From positions 1 to 32,000 of the forward strand of contig JABXHM010000052.1 in assembly GCA_013373625.1 (NCBI GenBank): a stretch of 32,000 nt of DNA. Reading direction: 5' to 3'. Of this stretch, positions 1 through 9,227 are shown piece by piece; the stretch's first letter is position 1; every line of letters begins with the position of its first letter. The stretch comes from Alteromonadaceae bacterium. Lineage in GTDB: Bacteria > Pseudomonadota > Gammaproteobacteria > Enterobacterales > Alteromonadaceae. Below the pieces are notes generated by a model. The model was not told the DNA's origin, made no database searches, and was given only the letters and a program-made list of their open reading frames with translations. Both the position numbers and the translations under genes were made by a program.

Positions 1-110
1 CCGTTGGTTCGACAACATGGCAGGACAGCCATGTTGCACAGCCGCAGGCTGCCCGTAGGGTGAGCGCCATGGGCGGCGCGAGTGAATCCCTCATTCTCCG
101 TCACACACCG
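1..110 (+). other. GC-rich cluster of stem-loops cut by the window edge; possibly the 3' part of a structured RNA or a REP-like extragenic element
   Basis: Perfect 9-bp hairpin CAACATGGC-aggaca-GCCATGTTG (13-36) with AGGA in the loop. It is followed by CAGCC-gca-GGCTG (39-51) and GCGCC-atgggc-GGCGC (64-79). The segment is clearly more GC-rich than its surroundings, and no convincing reading frame runs through it. Confidence 0.3.
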
Positions 111-143
111 AAAAGCCGGCACTTGTTGCGGATTTTTTATTTT
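111..143. terminator. Weak putative bidirectional terminator between the GC-rich element and the 3' end of the kinase gene
   Basis: An A-run (111-114), an imperfect 5-bp bulged stem in GCCGGCAC-TTGT-TGCGGA (115-132), then TTTTTTATTTT (133-143). The stem is poor, so this is tentative. Confidence 0.3.
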
Positions 144-181
144 CGGCGATACACTGTATGACTAACTTTTGATCTTACAAA

Positions 182-2194
182 CTAAACAATGTGTTCGAGT
201 ACGCTTTGTATCGCATCGATTTTCACTGGCTTTGACAAAAACATATCCATACCGGCTTCTGCACAGGCGTGTTTGTCGGCATCTGACGTGTTTGCTGTTA
301 ACGCGACGACTTTGCAGTGTTTCGCAATGAGCGATTTCTTTTTTAATTGCTGCGTTGCTTCAAAACCATCCATCACGGGCATAATACAGTCCATAAAAAT
401 CACATCATAAGATTTGGTTTGGCATTTGAAAATTGAATCTTCTCCGTCTACTGCAAAGTCAGGTTTAACGTTAAATGCTTGCAGTAAAGAGTCCATGACT
501 AAGCGGTTTATCTCATTATCATCTACAACTAATACGTTTAACCCTGATGCATCCGTGTAGTTTTCAATTGTAATAATCTGACTTTGAGGCGGAGAAGCGA
601 TTACTGGTGTGGTGAGGTTTACCGTAAACATAGAGCCTCTACCTAAATCACTGTTTACGTCAATCGTTCCGTTCATTAACGTTACCAGCTCTTTTACAAT
701 AGATAGTCCTAAGCCGGTTCCACCATATTGCCGGCCGATTCCTTTTGGTCCTTGTGAGAAGGGTTCGAACAGGCTTTTGAGGGTCTCTGAAGACATGCCA
801 ATTCCGGTATCGGCTACTTTAATTTTCAGCTTGCATGAATCGCTTTGCCGAGTGGTTGATACCCATAGTTTTACGGTGCCCGACGCGGTAAATTTAACAG
901 CGTTATTAAGCAGGTTTGCCACTATTTGCCGTAGTCGGGTGGAGTCAAAATGAACCCAAAGATCATCCTCTATTAAGAGTTGGTGAGTTAAATTCACTGA
1001 CTTGGTATCACAAAGCGGGGCATACAGAGACACCAGATCTAAGAAGACTTGCTTTAAAGCAAAGTCAGAGGGTTCTAAGCCCATATCTCCATAAGTTAGC
1101 TTGGAATAGTCTAATACTTCATTAATAATATCTAACAATAAATCACCACATCGTAAGGCGATGGTGAGCTTTTCATTCCGTATAGTAGAATCTTTCATGT
1201 CAAGCGCAGCGGTCAACATGCCAATTACACCATTTAATGGTGTTCGAAGTTCATGACTGACTTTAGCGAACAGGTTGGTTCGTTGCGCCAGCAGTTCCTG
1301 GGCAGCTTGTTTTTGCTTTTCCAGCTCCAGGCGCTGTTTAACAGAGTCTGTTACATCTTGTATAGTGCCAAACAAACGAATGCATTTTCCGTCTATAAAA
1401 TCAGCTTGCCCTTTTGTTATGACCCAAATGGTATTGTGGTTAGCCGTAATGAGTTGAGACTCAATGCTGTAAGGCGCACCCGTTGCTTTTGCATGCTCCA
1501 TAGCTGCTGTTATAGTTTGTTGATGTTCACCTTCTTTGTAAAAGCTAATTGCGCTGTCCAGAGTCGGTAAATAATTACTTGGTACTTCGTGTAGTACTTT
1601 GGCAGATCGGCTCCATTTTAGCTCTTCGCTAGTAAGGTCATATTCCCAGGTACCTATTTTTGCGACCTCTTCTAATCGTTCCAATAGCAGGTTTTTACTG
1701 TGTAAGATTTGATAGGTTTGGTTGCGCTGCAATTCAGCCCCAATCCAACGGGCTATCAACTCTATAAAATCGATATCCTCGATGCTGAATGGCGATGTTT
1801 TAGGTGACGATGATGAGAAATTTATCGTGCCATACACGTCGTACCCATTATAAAGAGGCGCGCCAATATAGGTTTCTTCCTGCAAATTTTCGACATTCAA
1901 ATGTTTTATGCCGGTTGGTGATTCTGCTGAGAAAAAGCTGGTGGTTTCATTGTTTTCGATCGTGACGGAGCAAAGCGTACTGGGCAGCTCATATCTTCTC
2001 CCGGCTTGTAAATCAAAAGTGTTAGGGGTAACAAAAACGACGGTATAGAATCCATTAACGACTCTGCTTACTACGCCTAGTTCAGCGTCAAGCACCTGAA
2101 GACCAAGTGACAATAAATGCTTTACTTTTTTGTCAAAAGAAGTCGACTGGTCTGTGACGATAGTATGAAATGTCTGTAAATAATGTTTGTGCAT
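182..2194 (-). CDS. Cytoplasmic hybrid sensor histidine kinase (GAF-PAS-HisKA-HATPase_c-REC)
   Basis: 670-aa ORF with an ATG start. H-box SHELRTPLNG; ATPase boxes DTGIGM and GGTGLGLSIV; C-terminal receiver (VLVVDDNEINR, IFMDCIMPVMDG, SKPV). The N-terminus is GAF-like and is followed by a PAS-like segment. No hydrophobic TM stretch and no HPt domain are visible. Confidence 0.9.
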   Translation of the reverse strand: MHKHYLQTFHTIVTDQSTSFDKKVKHLLSLGLQVLDAELGVVSRVVNGFYTVVFVTPNTFDLQAGRRYELPSTLCSVTIENNETTSFFSAESPTGIKHLNVENLQEETYIGAPLYNGYDVYGTINFSSSSPKTSPFSIEDIDFIELIARWIGAELQRNQTYQILHSKNLLLERLEEVAKIGTWEYDLTSEELKWSRSAKVLHEVPSNYLPTLDSAISFYKEGEHQQTITAAMEHAKATGAPYSIESQLITANHNTIWVITKGQADFIDGKCIRLFGTIQDVTDSVKQRLELEKQKQAAQELLAQRTNLFAKVSHELRTPLNGVIGMLTAALDMKDSTIRNEKLTIALRCGDLLLDIINEVLDYSKLTYGDMGLEPSDFALKQVFLDLVSLYAPLCDTKSVNLTHQLLIEDDLWVHFDSTRLRQIVANLLNNAVKFTASGTVKLWVSTTRQSDSCKLKIKVADTGIGMSSETLKSLFEPFSQGPKGIGRQYGGTGLGLSIVKELVTLMNGTIDVNSDLGRGSMFTVNLTTPVIASPPQSQIITIENYTDASGLNVLVVDDNEINRLVMDSLLQAFNVKPDFAVDGEDSIFKCQTKSYDVIFMDCIMPVMDGFEATQQLKKKSLIAKHCKVVALTANTSDADKHACAEAGMDMFLSKPVKIDAIQSVLEHIV

Positions 2195-2284
2195 ATTTCT
2201 CTCAACTCACAGAGATGGATAAAACTATTGCTCTGTGTGAAAAATTAGCAGCCCTTAACGTCTTAACCCTCACTCTAATGCTAA

Positions 2285-3217
2285 TCATGGGGTTATATTC
2301 AGCTGTTTTTGCGTTTCATTTAACAATTCTTCCAATGTCATATTGGGCTGTTTCTCTGCGACAGCTGTTTTAAGGGTTAGCCCCTCAGCGAGCGAGGCAT
2401 CATGTAACTTTTGCGCAATCAAGTTTCTTACCTTATTGGCTGTGGCAAATGTAGTTTCTCTGCAAGCATTGGTTACCAGCGAACAAAAAGTATTTTGGTC
2501 ATAACGACAAACCAGATCTGAGCTGCGGTACTCCAGATTAAAAGTGTCAGCAATAATGGATAATACAGCTGTGTAAGGCGACAAATGTTGTAGTGCTTCG
2601 AGTCCGTCAATTTCAATAATTGCTGCCGAAACAGGCAGGTTAAGCTCATCACAAACCGGCAAAATTATGTTGCCAATTTCTAAGAAGCCCGATTGATTAT
2701 GAAAACCCGTTTCATCGTCTACTTTAGTCAGTTGATTTTCGATTAACTCAAGTTGTGCAACGGCGGCGAGATCGTAGAGTGTTTTACGAAAAGTATCGGA
2801 TAAGGTTCTGGGCTTTTGGTCGATCAGGCACAGCGTGCCTAGTCGGTGTCCATTTGGATGAACGAGTGGGCAGCCAGCGTAAAAACGGATGTGGGGCTCA
2901 CCTGTCACTAGCGGATTATCAAAAAAGCGATGATCTTCTGTTGCATTTTCGATGATGAAAATGTCGTCATGTTCAATAGCGTGTCCGCAGAACGAAATGT
3001 CACGCTCTGTCTCACACGCCGACAAGCCTGCTGATGACTTAAACCACTGTCGGTCTGTATCAATCAGCGACACCAGTGCAATTGGGACCTGGAAAATACG
3101 TGACGCTAATTTTGTTATTCTATCAAAACGCTCTTCCGGAGGCGTGTCCAATATATTTAAATTTTGCAGGGTCTTAATTCTTTCATTTTCATCGGGTAAT
3201 TGTGGTGCTGTAATCAT
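2285..3217 (-). CDS. GAF domain protein with a degenerate GGDEF domain (RYDQNTF in place of RxGGDEF)
   Basis: The N-terminus has a typical GAF signature (ILDTPPEERFDRITKLA, PIALVSLID, RQWFKS, IRFYAGCPL, GTLCLID). The C-terminal domain aligns by eye with GGDEF, but the active-site motif reads DQNTF (nt 2486-2500). The ORF-track start is TTG at 3223. ATG at 3217 has AGGA 7 nt upstream and is preferred. Confidence 0.8.
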   Translation of the reverse strand: MITAPQLPDENERIKTLQNLNILDTPPEERFDRITKLASRIFQVPIALVSLIDTDRQWFKSSAGLSACETERDISFCGHAIEHDDIFIIENATEDHRFFDNPLVTGEPHIRFYAGCPLVHPNGHRLGTLCLIDQKPRTLSDTFRKTLYDLAAVAQLELIENQLTKVDDETGFHNQSGFLEIGNIILPVCDELNLPVSAAIIEIDGLEALQHLSPYTAVLSIIADTFNLEYRSSDLVCRYDQNTFCSLVTNACRETTFATANKVRNLIAQKLHDASLAEGLTLKTAVAEKQPNMTLEELLNETQKQLNITP

Positions 3218-3636
3218 TGGCAATCCTGATGCGAAGCTGATTGTACCTGTATAACTTTGTATCGTTGATTTCTGTACAGCGGCAGCAAATACTCAAGGCG
3301 GCACGCCTTACATGAAGACTGTAGTTATAGTCAGGCTTACTTGTTAGCAGTTCCAGTACGTTTAAAGTTCTATATAGAAAGTGTAGGCAAGATTAAAGGT
3401 AACGCTAATTCTGTTTCGTTTATGCGCTTGAGTACTACGAACAGTTGATGAGGGACTCAGTTTGTGACGTCTTCTGTTTACCCTGATAATCAAATGCCGA
3501 TTAACACTTACCTTTAGTGTAAATATTGATTATTATGGTCAGTCGCGGGCACAGGAAATGGTGCAATAAACTAATAGTTTTAGTCGGGCAGGGTATTGGA
3601 CTTTTTCATAAATATAGTAGCCAAAGTGAGTAACAC

Positions 3637-4275
3637 ATGATCAAGATAGCGTTAGTAGATGATCATGACCTGGTGAGAACGGGGATCAGACGCATTCTGG
3701 AAGATGTTGCCGACTTCAAAGTCGTATGTGAAGCGAAAGACGGTGAATCTGCGGTAAGAAATTGCCGAAAGCTGGCGCCAGATGTGGTGTTAATGGATTT
3801 GAATATGCCGGGCATTGGCGGGCTTGAGGCCACGCGTCAAATTTTACGTATAGGCGAAAACACCAGAGTAATTGGCTTGTCTATGCAAAAAGAAGATCCT
3901 ATCCCGTCCCAGGTAATTCAAGCCGGTGCGTTCGGTTTTTTAACCAAAGATGCCGAACCGCAGGAAATGATCAATGCCATTTATAAAGTCGCGGCCGGTC
4001 AAAAATACTTAAGTCCGGAAATTGCCCAGCGCATTGCGATGAGTAAAATTAATCCTGATAACGATAACCCGTTTTCTGATTTGTCGGGGCGTGAACTGGA
4101 TATTGCTATACGAATTACCCGCGGTCAAAAAGTCCCTGATATTGCCGAACAACTCCACATAGCGGCAAAAACCGTCAACACCTATCGTTATCGCTTGTTT
4201 GATAAACTTGAAATCAGCACCGACGTAGAGTTAACCCATCTGGCATTACGCCACAAACTCATTGAATTGTCTTAG
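3637..4275 (+). CDS. uvrY: Two-component response regulator UvrY/GacA (REC + LuxR-type HTH)
   Basis: 212 aa, collinear with E. coli UvrY (ALVDDHDLVRTGIRRILED, VVLMDLNMPGIGGLEATR, KTVNTYRYRLFDKL, ELTHLALRH). It sits immediately upstream of uvrC, as in enterobacteria. Confidence 0.93.
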   Translation: MIKIALVDDHDLVRTGIRRILEDVADFKVVCEAKDGESAVRNCRKLAPDVVLMDLNMPGIGGLEATRQILRIGENTRVIGLSMQKEDPIPSQVIQAGAFGFLTKDAEPQEMINAIYKVAAGQKYLSPEIAQRIAMSKINPDNDNPFSDLSGRELDIAIRITRGQKVPDIAEQLHIAAKTVNTYRYRLFDKLEISTDVELTHLALRHKLIELS

Positions 4276-4291
4276 TTGTTGACTGGTCTGA

Positions 4292-6109
4292 ATGACAGAA
4301 TTTGATTCCGCCGCATTTCTTAAATCATTAACGCATCAGCCGGGTGTATACCGTATGTATAACTCGGCAGATGAAGTCATTTACGTGGGTAAAGCGAAAA
4401 ACCTGAAAAATCGGGTGTCGAGTTATTTTAAACAACAAGTAGATAGCCCTAAAACCCGCGCGCTGGTAAGCCAGATTGCCAGTATGGATGTCACGGTAGT
4501 TAATAGCGAAACCGAAGCGTTCCTGCTCGAAAACAACTTTATTAAAAAGTACCGTCCGCGTTATAACGTGCTGTTACGTGACGATAAGTCTTATCCGTTT
4601 ATTTTTTTATCGGCACATGAACACCCTCGGTTGGATTTTCATCGCGGCCCGCAAAAGCGCAAAGGCGAGTATTTTGGACCTTACCCCAGTGCCGGCGCGG
4701 TACGGGAAAGCCTTCGTTCGATGCAAAAGTTGTTTCCGGTGCGCCAGTGCGAAGACAGTTATTATCGGGCCCGGAGCCGTCCGTGTTTACAATATCAAAT
4801 GCAGCGTTGTTCAGCCCCTTGCGTTGAGGGCTACGTGAGTGATGAAGAATACGCCGAACAAGTACAATTGCTCAGAATGTTTCTTAAGGGTAAGAATCAG
4901 CAGGTGATTAACTCCCTCGCTGATAAAATGGAAACTGCCAGCGAAACACTTAATTTTGAAGCGGCTGCGCGTTATCGTGATCAAATTACAGCACTACGAA
5001 AAGTACAGGAGCGCCAGTGGGTCGCCGGTACACAAGACGAGATGGATATATTTGGTTTTGCCTACAAAGCCGGTATGGCGTGTATACAGGTGATGTTTAT
5101 TCGCGATAGTCAGTTGTTAGGGAGTAAGGCGTTTTTTCCAAAAATTCCGTCGACCACTACAGAAAATGAAATTTTCGAAGCTTTTCTGCTGCAGTTTTAT
5201 CTCGCGGGCAACAAAATAATTCCTAAGCAAATTGTGCTACCCCAGGCGCTTTCAGATGAAACGGCAATAGCCGATTTACTTCATCAGGAAGCGGGTCACA
5301 AAGTACGTTTTTATCGTGGTGCCCGTGAAGAAAAGCGCCAGTATCTGCAACTGGCTCAAAATAATGCACAAAACGCCCTCGACGCTCAGTACGGCCAGCA
5401 AAAGTCGGTGTTTGCCCGTTACATTGACCTGGAGTCAGCACTTGAGTGGGAATCACCCATACAGCGGATGGAGTGTTTCGATATCAGTCATACGTCTGGC
5501 CAGCAAACCGTTGCATCTTGTGTTGTGTTTAATCGGGATGGGCCGCTTAAAAGTGATTATCGACGTTATAATATCGAGGGTATTACTCCAGGCGATGATT
5601 ACGCTGCCATGGCTCAGGCGCTGAAACGCCGGTATAAAAATGTACAAGACGGCGAAAAAATTCCAGACATCCTGTTTATTGACGGGGGTAAAGGTCAATT
5701 GTCACAGGCTGAGGATTTTTTTGCTGACTGGCCTCACGATAAAAAACCATTATTAATTGGGGTCGCCAAAGGAACAACCCGAAAACCCGGACTAGAGACG
5801 CTGATTTTAGCCGATAGCCACGAAACCATTCCGCTCAATGCAGACCGTCCGGCGCTGCATTTAATACAACATATTCGCGATGAGTCACACCGATTTGCAA
5901 TTAGCGGCCACCGCAATCGCCGTCAAAAGGTAAAAAATACCAGTACACTTGAGTCGATCCCGGGAATTGGTGCTAAGCGACGCCAGGCACTGCTGAAATA
6001 TATGGGCGGCTTGCAGGGGCTTAAACGTGCCAGTCGCAATGAGATTGCCAGTGTGCCGGGGATCAGTGACGAGCTGGCCGAAACCATATACGATCATTTA
6101 CACGCTTAA
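4292..6109 (+). CDS. uvrC: Excinuclease ABC subunit C
   Basis: 605 aa. GIY-YIG N-terminus ([20 protein letters not shown]), a UvrBC-interaction region and a C-terminal HhH ([13 protein letters not shown]). Length matches E. coli UvrC. Confidence 0.97.
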   Translation: MTEFDSAAFLKSLTHQPGVYRMYNSADEVIYVGKAKNLKNRVSSYFKQQVDSPKTRALVSQIASMDVTVVNSETEAFLLENNFIKKYRPRYNVLLRDDKSYPFIFLSAHEHPRLDFHRGPQKRKGEYFGPYPSAGAVRESLRSMQKLFPVRQCEDSYYRARSRPCLQYQMQRCSAPCVEGYVSDEEYAEQVQLLRMFLKGKNQQVINSLADKMETASETLNFEAAARYRDQITALRKVQERQWVAGTQDEMDIFGFAYKAGMACIQVMFIRDSQLLGSKAFFPKIPSTTTENEIFEAFLLQFYLAGNKIIPKQIVLPQALSDETAIADLLHQEAGHKVRFYRGAREEKRQYLQLAQNNAQNALDAQYGQQKSVFARYIDLESALEWESPIQRMECFDISHTSGQQTVASCVVFNRDGPLKSDYRRYNIEGITPGDDYAAMAQALKRRYKNVQDGEKIPDILFIDGGKGQLSQAEDFFADWPHDKKPLLIGVAKGTTRKPGLETLILADSHETIPLNADRPALHLIQHIRDESHRFAISGHRNRRQKVKNTSTLESIPGIGAKRRQALLKYMGGLQGLKRASRNEIASVPGISDELAETIYDHLHA

Positions 6110-6203
6110 AAATTGTTTTATAGTAGAACAAGGTTTGGCAGTTTCTTAAAACGCCATATCGTGTGACAATAGCGCTAACGATAAGGATAACCCTGAGTAG
6201 TTT

Positions 6204-6773
6204 ATGTGGACGATCCCAAATGTAATTACCTTAATCCGGGTAGTTCTTATTCCCATTTTTGTATGTGTATATTTTCTTGATTGGCGCTGGGCGCACGAAA
6301 CGGCTGCATTTATTTTTTGGTTTGCCGCAATCACAGACTGGTTTGATGGTTACCTGGCCAGAAAACTGGAGCAGTCAACACCTTTTGGCGCGTTTGCCGA
6401 TCCGGTTGCGGACAAACTCATTGTAGCCGCAGCATTGCTGATGATCACACATTCTTATGATTCGGTGTGGATAACCATTCCGGCAATATTATTATTGATC
6501 CGCGAAATCTATGTGTCGGCACTCAGAGAGTGGATGGGCTCCCAAGGCGTGCGCGATACGGTGCAGGTGTCTTTTATTGGCAAAGCGAAAACCACCGCAC
6601 AAATGTTAGCCCTGATCGGTTTACTGTCGGGACTGGAAACGTTTATGGGCGTTACCATTTACTGGGTTAGCCTGGGATATATTTTGTTATATATCGCCAC
6701 ATGGTTGTCAGTTTGGTCAATGATTAGCTATACAAGAGCAGCCTGGCCACATTTGGCAGCAACTAAAAGATAG
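6204..6773 (+). CDS. pgsA: CDP-diacylglycerol--glycerol-3-phosphate 3-phosphatidyltransferase
   Basis: 189 aa. CDP-alcohol phosphatidyltransferase motif DWFDGYLARKLEQSTPFGAFADPVADK. Collinear with E. coli PgsA, and the uvrC-pgsA-tRNA synteny is conserved. Confidence 0.95.
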   Translation: MWTIPNVITLIRVVLIPIFVCVYFLDWRWAHETAAFIFWFAAITDWFDGYLARKLEQSTPFGAFADPVADKLIVAAALLMITHSYDSVWITIPAILLLIREIYVSALREWMGSQGVRDTVQVSFIGKAKTTAQMLALIGLLSGLETFMGVTIYWVSLGYILLYIATWLSVWSMISYTRAAWPHLAATKR

Positions 6774-6853
6774 CTTTTTGCCATGCAAATGACGTATTTA
6801 TGAGCAAACGATTCAAAATTGATGAAAATAGCGGCGAATGGTATTTTTTGTAG

Positions 6854-6881
6854 TTGACACATTCGTTGGGGCAGGTAGAAT
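6854..6881 (+). promoter_or_regulatory. Putative sigma70 promoter of the tRNA Gly-Cys-Leu operon
   Basis: TTGACA (6854-6859), a 16-nt spacer, TAGAAT (6876-6881), then a GC-rich discriminator GCCTCCC. An A/T-rich stretch lies upstream. It is about 110 nt upstream of tRNA-Gly. Confidence 0.5.
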
Positions 6882-6995
6882 GCCTCCCACATTCGAAGCA
6901 GGACATACTGATTAGAACGAAACACCGCTTGAAAGAGCTATTACCTAACGGTAAAAAGTGTAACGAACTAAACAGCATATCAGGCAAAAAATGAT

Positions 6996-7071
6996 GCGGG
7001 AATAGCTCAGCTGGTAGAGCACAACCTTGCCAAGGTTGGGGTCGCGAGTTCGAATCTCGTTTCCCGCTCCA
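6996..7071 (+). tRNA. glyW: tRNA-Gly (anticodon GCC)
   Basis: 76-nt cloverleaf folded by hand. Acceptor GCGGGAA/TTCCCGC, anticodon loop CTTGCCAAG, T-loop GGTTCGAATCC-like (GCGAGTTCGAATCTCGT), encoded CCA. Confidence 0.95.
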
Positions 7072-7128
7072 ATTTTTCGAATGGTTTGCGTTTGCTTTAA
7101 GACGGCCTACGTCACAACGCAACTTTAA

Positions 7129-7202
7129 GGCGGAATGGCAGAATGGCTATGCAGCGGATTGCAAATCCGTGGATCTCGGTTCGACTCCGGGTTCCGCCTC
7201 CA
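7129..7202 (+). tRNA. cysT: tRNA-Cys (anticodon GCA)
   Basis: 74 nt. Acceptor GGCGGAA/TTCCGCC, anticodon arm GCGGATTGCAAATCCGT identical to E. coli tRNA-Cys, T-loop TTCGACT, encoded CCA. Confidence 0.95.
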
Positions 7203-7277
7203 TTACTTTGTAAGTATTAGTTTTTAAGTAAATTCAGGGCAACCAAGCCCGCACCAGCACATCACGTGCAACCCTAA

Positions 7278-7364
7278 GCCCGGGTGGTGAAATTGGTAGA
7301 CACAAGGGATTTAAAATCCCTCGCTGGTAACAGCGTGCCGGTTCAAGTCCGGCCCCGGGCACCA
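7278..7364 (+). tRNA. leuZ: tRNA-Leu (anticodon TAA), long variable arm
   Basis: 87 nt. Acceptor GCCCGGG/CCCGGGC, anticodon arm AGGGATTTAAAATCCCT, variable arm CGCTGGTAACAGCG, T-arm CCGGTTCAAGTCCGG, encoded CCA. Near-identical in layout to E. coli leuZ. Confidence 0.95.
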
Positions 7365-8135
7365 TTTCCTCAGTAATCCCTTATAAACACCAGACCAGCA
7401 CTCATTTTAATCTATTGATAGCCACATCCGAATCGGTAAGCGGCACACGCAGTGGTGCATCACTCTAATTCTATAATTTAAAAATGCCTAAAATCACAAG
7501 CTCTTCTCGATAGCATTTCCATTTTGCTGTGGAAGACCGCTGTATTGCCGTTGTTGCGTGTAAATCATCACAATGCAACGAATTTGGTGTAGCTATGAAG
7601 ATAAGGCTTTCGCCATGGCCTTGAGTAAGCTGTAGTGTACTTGCTCCACTAAGTCTAAAAAGCCAGGTGGCTTCTTTTCCATGCGCTGTGCGGGCATAGT
7701 TTTCATTCAAATAAAGCGAATGAGTTTTTGTTGGGTTTCGTACTGTCTCTATACAGAGTAAGCATTGCAACTACGCACCAAGAAGTGTAAAAAGCTAACG
7801 CGAGAAAAACCTGCTCTTCAGGAGCGAATGAACTAGCTACAATTTCGTTTTATTCAAATAGGTAAACCGAGCGAGCGAACATTGAACTATAAGTTACGAG
7901 ACAAGTATAGACATGAATACCTAAACCAACACTGGTCAGAGTCTAGAAAGAACCAAGGTCCTAAATCGACTAATGGTGCAAGCAACGACAACGTTTAATC
8001 ACATGGTTTACTGAATTGTCTGCAGCCTGTTGGGTACAGAAAGCGGGCAGCATAATATAAAAATCTGCTCAGGAGATTGGCGCTATTTCAGGGGTAAAGC
8101 TCAAAATTTGAACGGATTTTTACAGAAGGAAATAG

Positions 8136-8867
8136 ATGAAGAATTTAAAAAACATAAACCTCATGGATAGAGTGGAATTGAAAATAAATGGGTTTATAAA
8201 GAAAAGGCTTCATGAGACATCAAAGCAAGTTAAATGGGTTTCTTACCACATACCAAAAACAGCAGGAACTTCGTTTAGATTAAGTTTAGAAAGCGCTTAT
8301 GGTGCAAGAAGAGTCTTTGGAGTGTATGCCGATTCAGGGGCAAAGGAGATGTCCCGAGCTGAGCAAATATGGTTACCTAGAAGCGCGACTGTATTGCATG
8401 GCCATTTTAAAGCATTGCCAAAACACGGAGTGCTTTTCCCCAATGCAAAGCGCCTTGTCTGGCTAAGAGATCCAATTCAAAGGTCTTGGTCTTTACTTAA
8501 TCATACTCTGGACATTAGTAACAACGATAATGTTTACGGTTTTATAAAGAACAAGTTTATCGACAAAGGCATTTCTGACAGAGAAGAAATATTTTTGTCA
8601 CTCTTATCAGACAAAGAAAGTAAAAAGTTTTTTCATGCATATAGCCTTTTCTTTAAGACGGTTGGTAAGGATTTTTTTCACTTTGTCGGGAATTCAAATG
8701 ATTATGATGATGAATTGAAGCGCTTATCAAATCTGATGGGAATCAGGTTAACCCAAAACTATTTAAATGAAAGCAAAGTTAAGCGAAAAGCGCCAGAGGT
8801 GCCGAGAGCATTGCACAAGTACTTTGATGATGAGTACAAGGTCTATAACTTATTTTGCAAAAACTAA
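8136..8867 (+). CDS. PAPS-dependent sulfotransferase family protein (Sulfotransfer_2/3-like)
   Basis: 243 aa. 5'-PSB loop HIPKTAGTS (nt 8247-8273) and a 3'-PB-like motif LRDPIQRSWS. Good SD (AAGGA) upstream of the ATG. AT-rich codon usage. Confidence 0.75.
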   Translation: MKNLKNINLMDRVELKINGFIKKRLHETSKQVKWVSYHIPKTAGTSFRLSLESAYGARRVFGVYADSGAKEMSRAEQIWLPRSATVLHGHFKALPKHGVLFPNAKRLVWLRDPIQRSWSLLNHTLDISNNDNVYGFIKNKFIDKGISDREEIFLSLLSDKESKKFFHAYSLFFKTVGKDFFHFVGNSNDYDDELKRLSNLMGIRLTQNYLNESKVKRKAPEVPRALHKYFDDEYKVYNLFCKN

Positions 8868-9227
8868 CATTTATTTGCCATAAAGCTGGCGCTACAGTGT
8901 TTACCTTCTTTGTACCACAGTTGCGATCACTGTAGCCAGTAGGTACTTTGGGTGCTGTGAATATTCAACTTTGTCTATCAGGGTGGGCAGCGCTTTGCTC
9001 CAACAGCTCATCACAAATGGTTGCAGAGCGCTCATTAAATACCGTAATGAGTCAATTTTTGGTTTTGTTAACTATACGTCGCCAGGTAAGAATTCAAATT
9101 AGAAACTGCCACCAAATTGATTATGTACTACCGCGTTTTTATCGTAGTTTCTGCGTCGCAATTTCGGTCGGGCCGAGCTATGCGCAGTCTGATACGGTAA
9201 TGCAGAGTCTGATTAACCGGTGATCTT

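Noticed and set aside
3295-3309. Hairpin AAGGCG-gca-CGCCTT in the uvrY upstream region, considered as a terminator or sRNA
   Set aside because: No T-run follows it on either strand, and no gene reads into it. It is too small to interpret.
6763-7122. 119-aa minus-strand ORF in the ORF track
   Set aside because: It runs antisense straight through tRNA-Gly and the tRNA operon promoter. The tRNA cloverleaves are unambiguous, so the ORF is a by-product of the sequence.
7471-7770. 99-aa minus-strand ORF just after tRNA-Leu; it looked faintly like a cupin/AraC N-terminal fragment
   Set aside because: It has only a TTG start, no in-frame ATG, no SD and no partner domain. The cupin resemblance is too vague to call, so it is at best a gene remnant and is not reported as a feature.
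8948-9223. 91-aa plus-strand ORF between the sulfotransferase and the AraC-type gene
   Set aside because: Its start is TTG (8948) with no SD upstream. The composition is Cys/Ser/Arg-rich and non-protein-like, it has no motifs, and it ends 5 nt before the regulator's ATG (9228). It is probably non-coding spacer.
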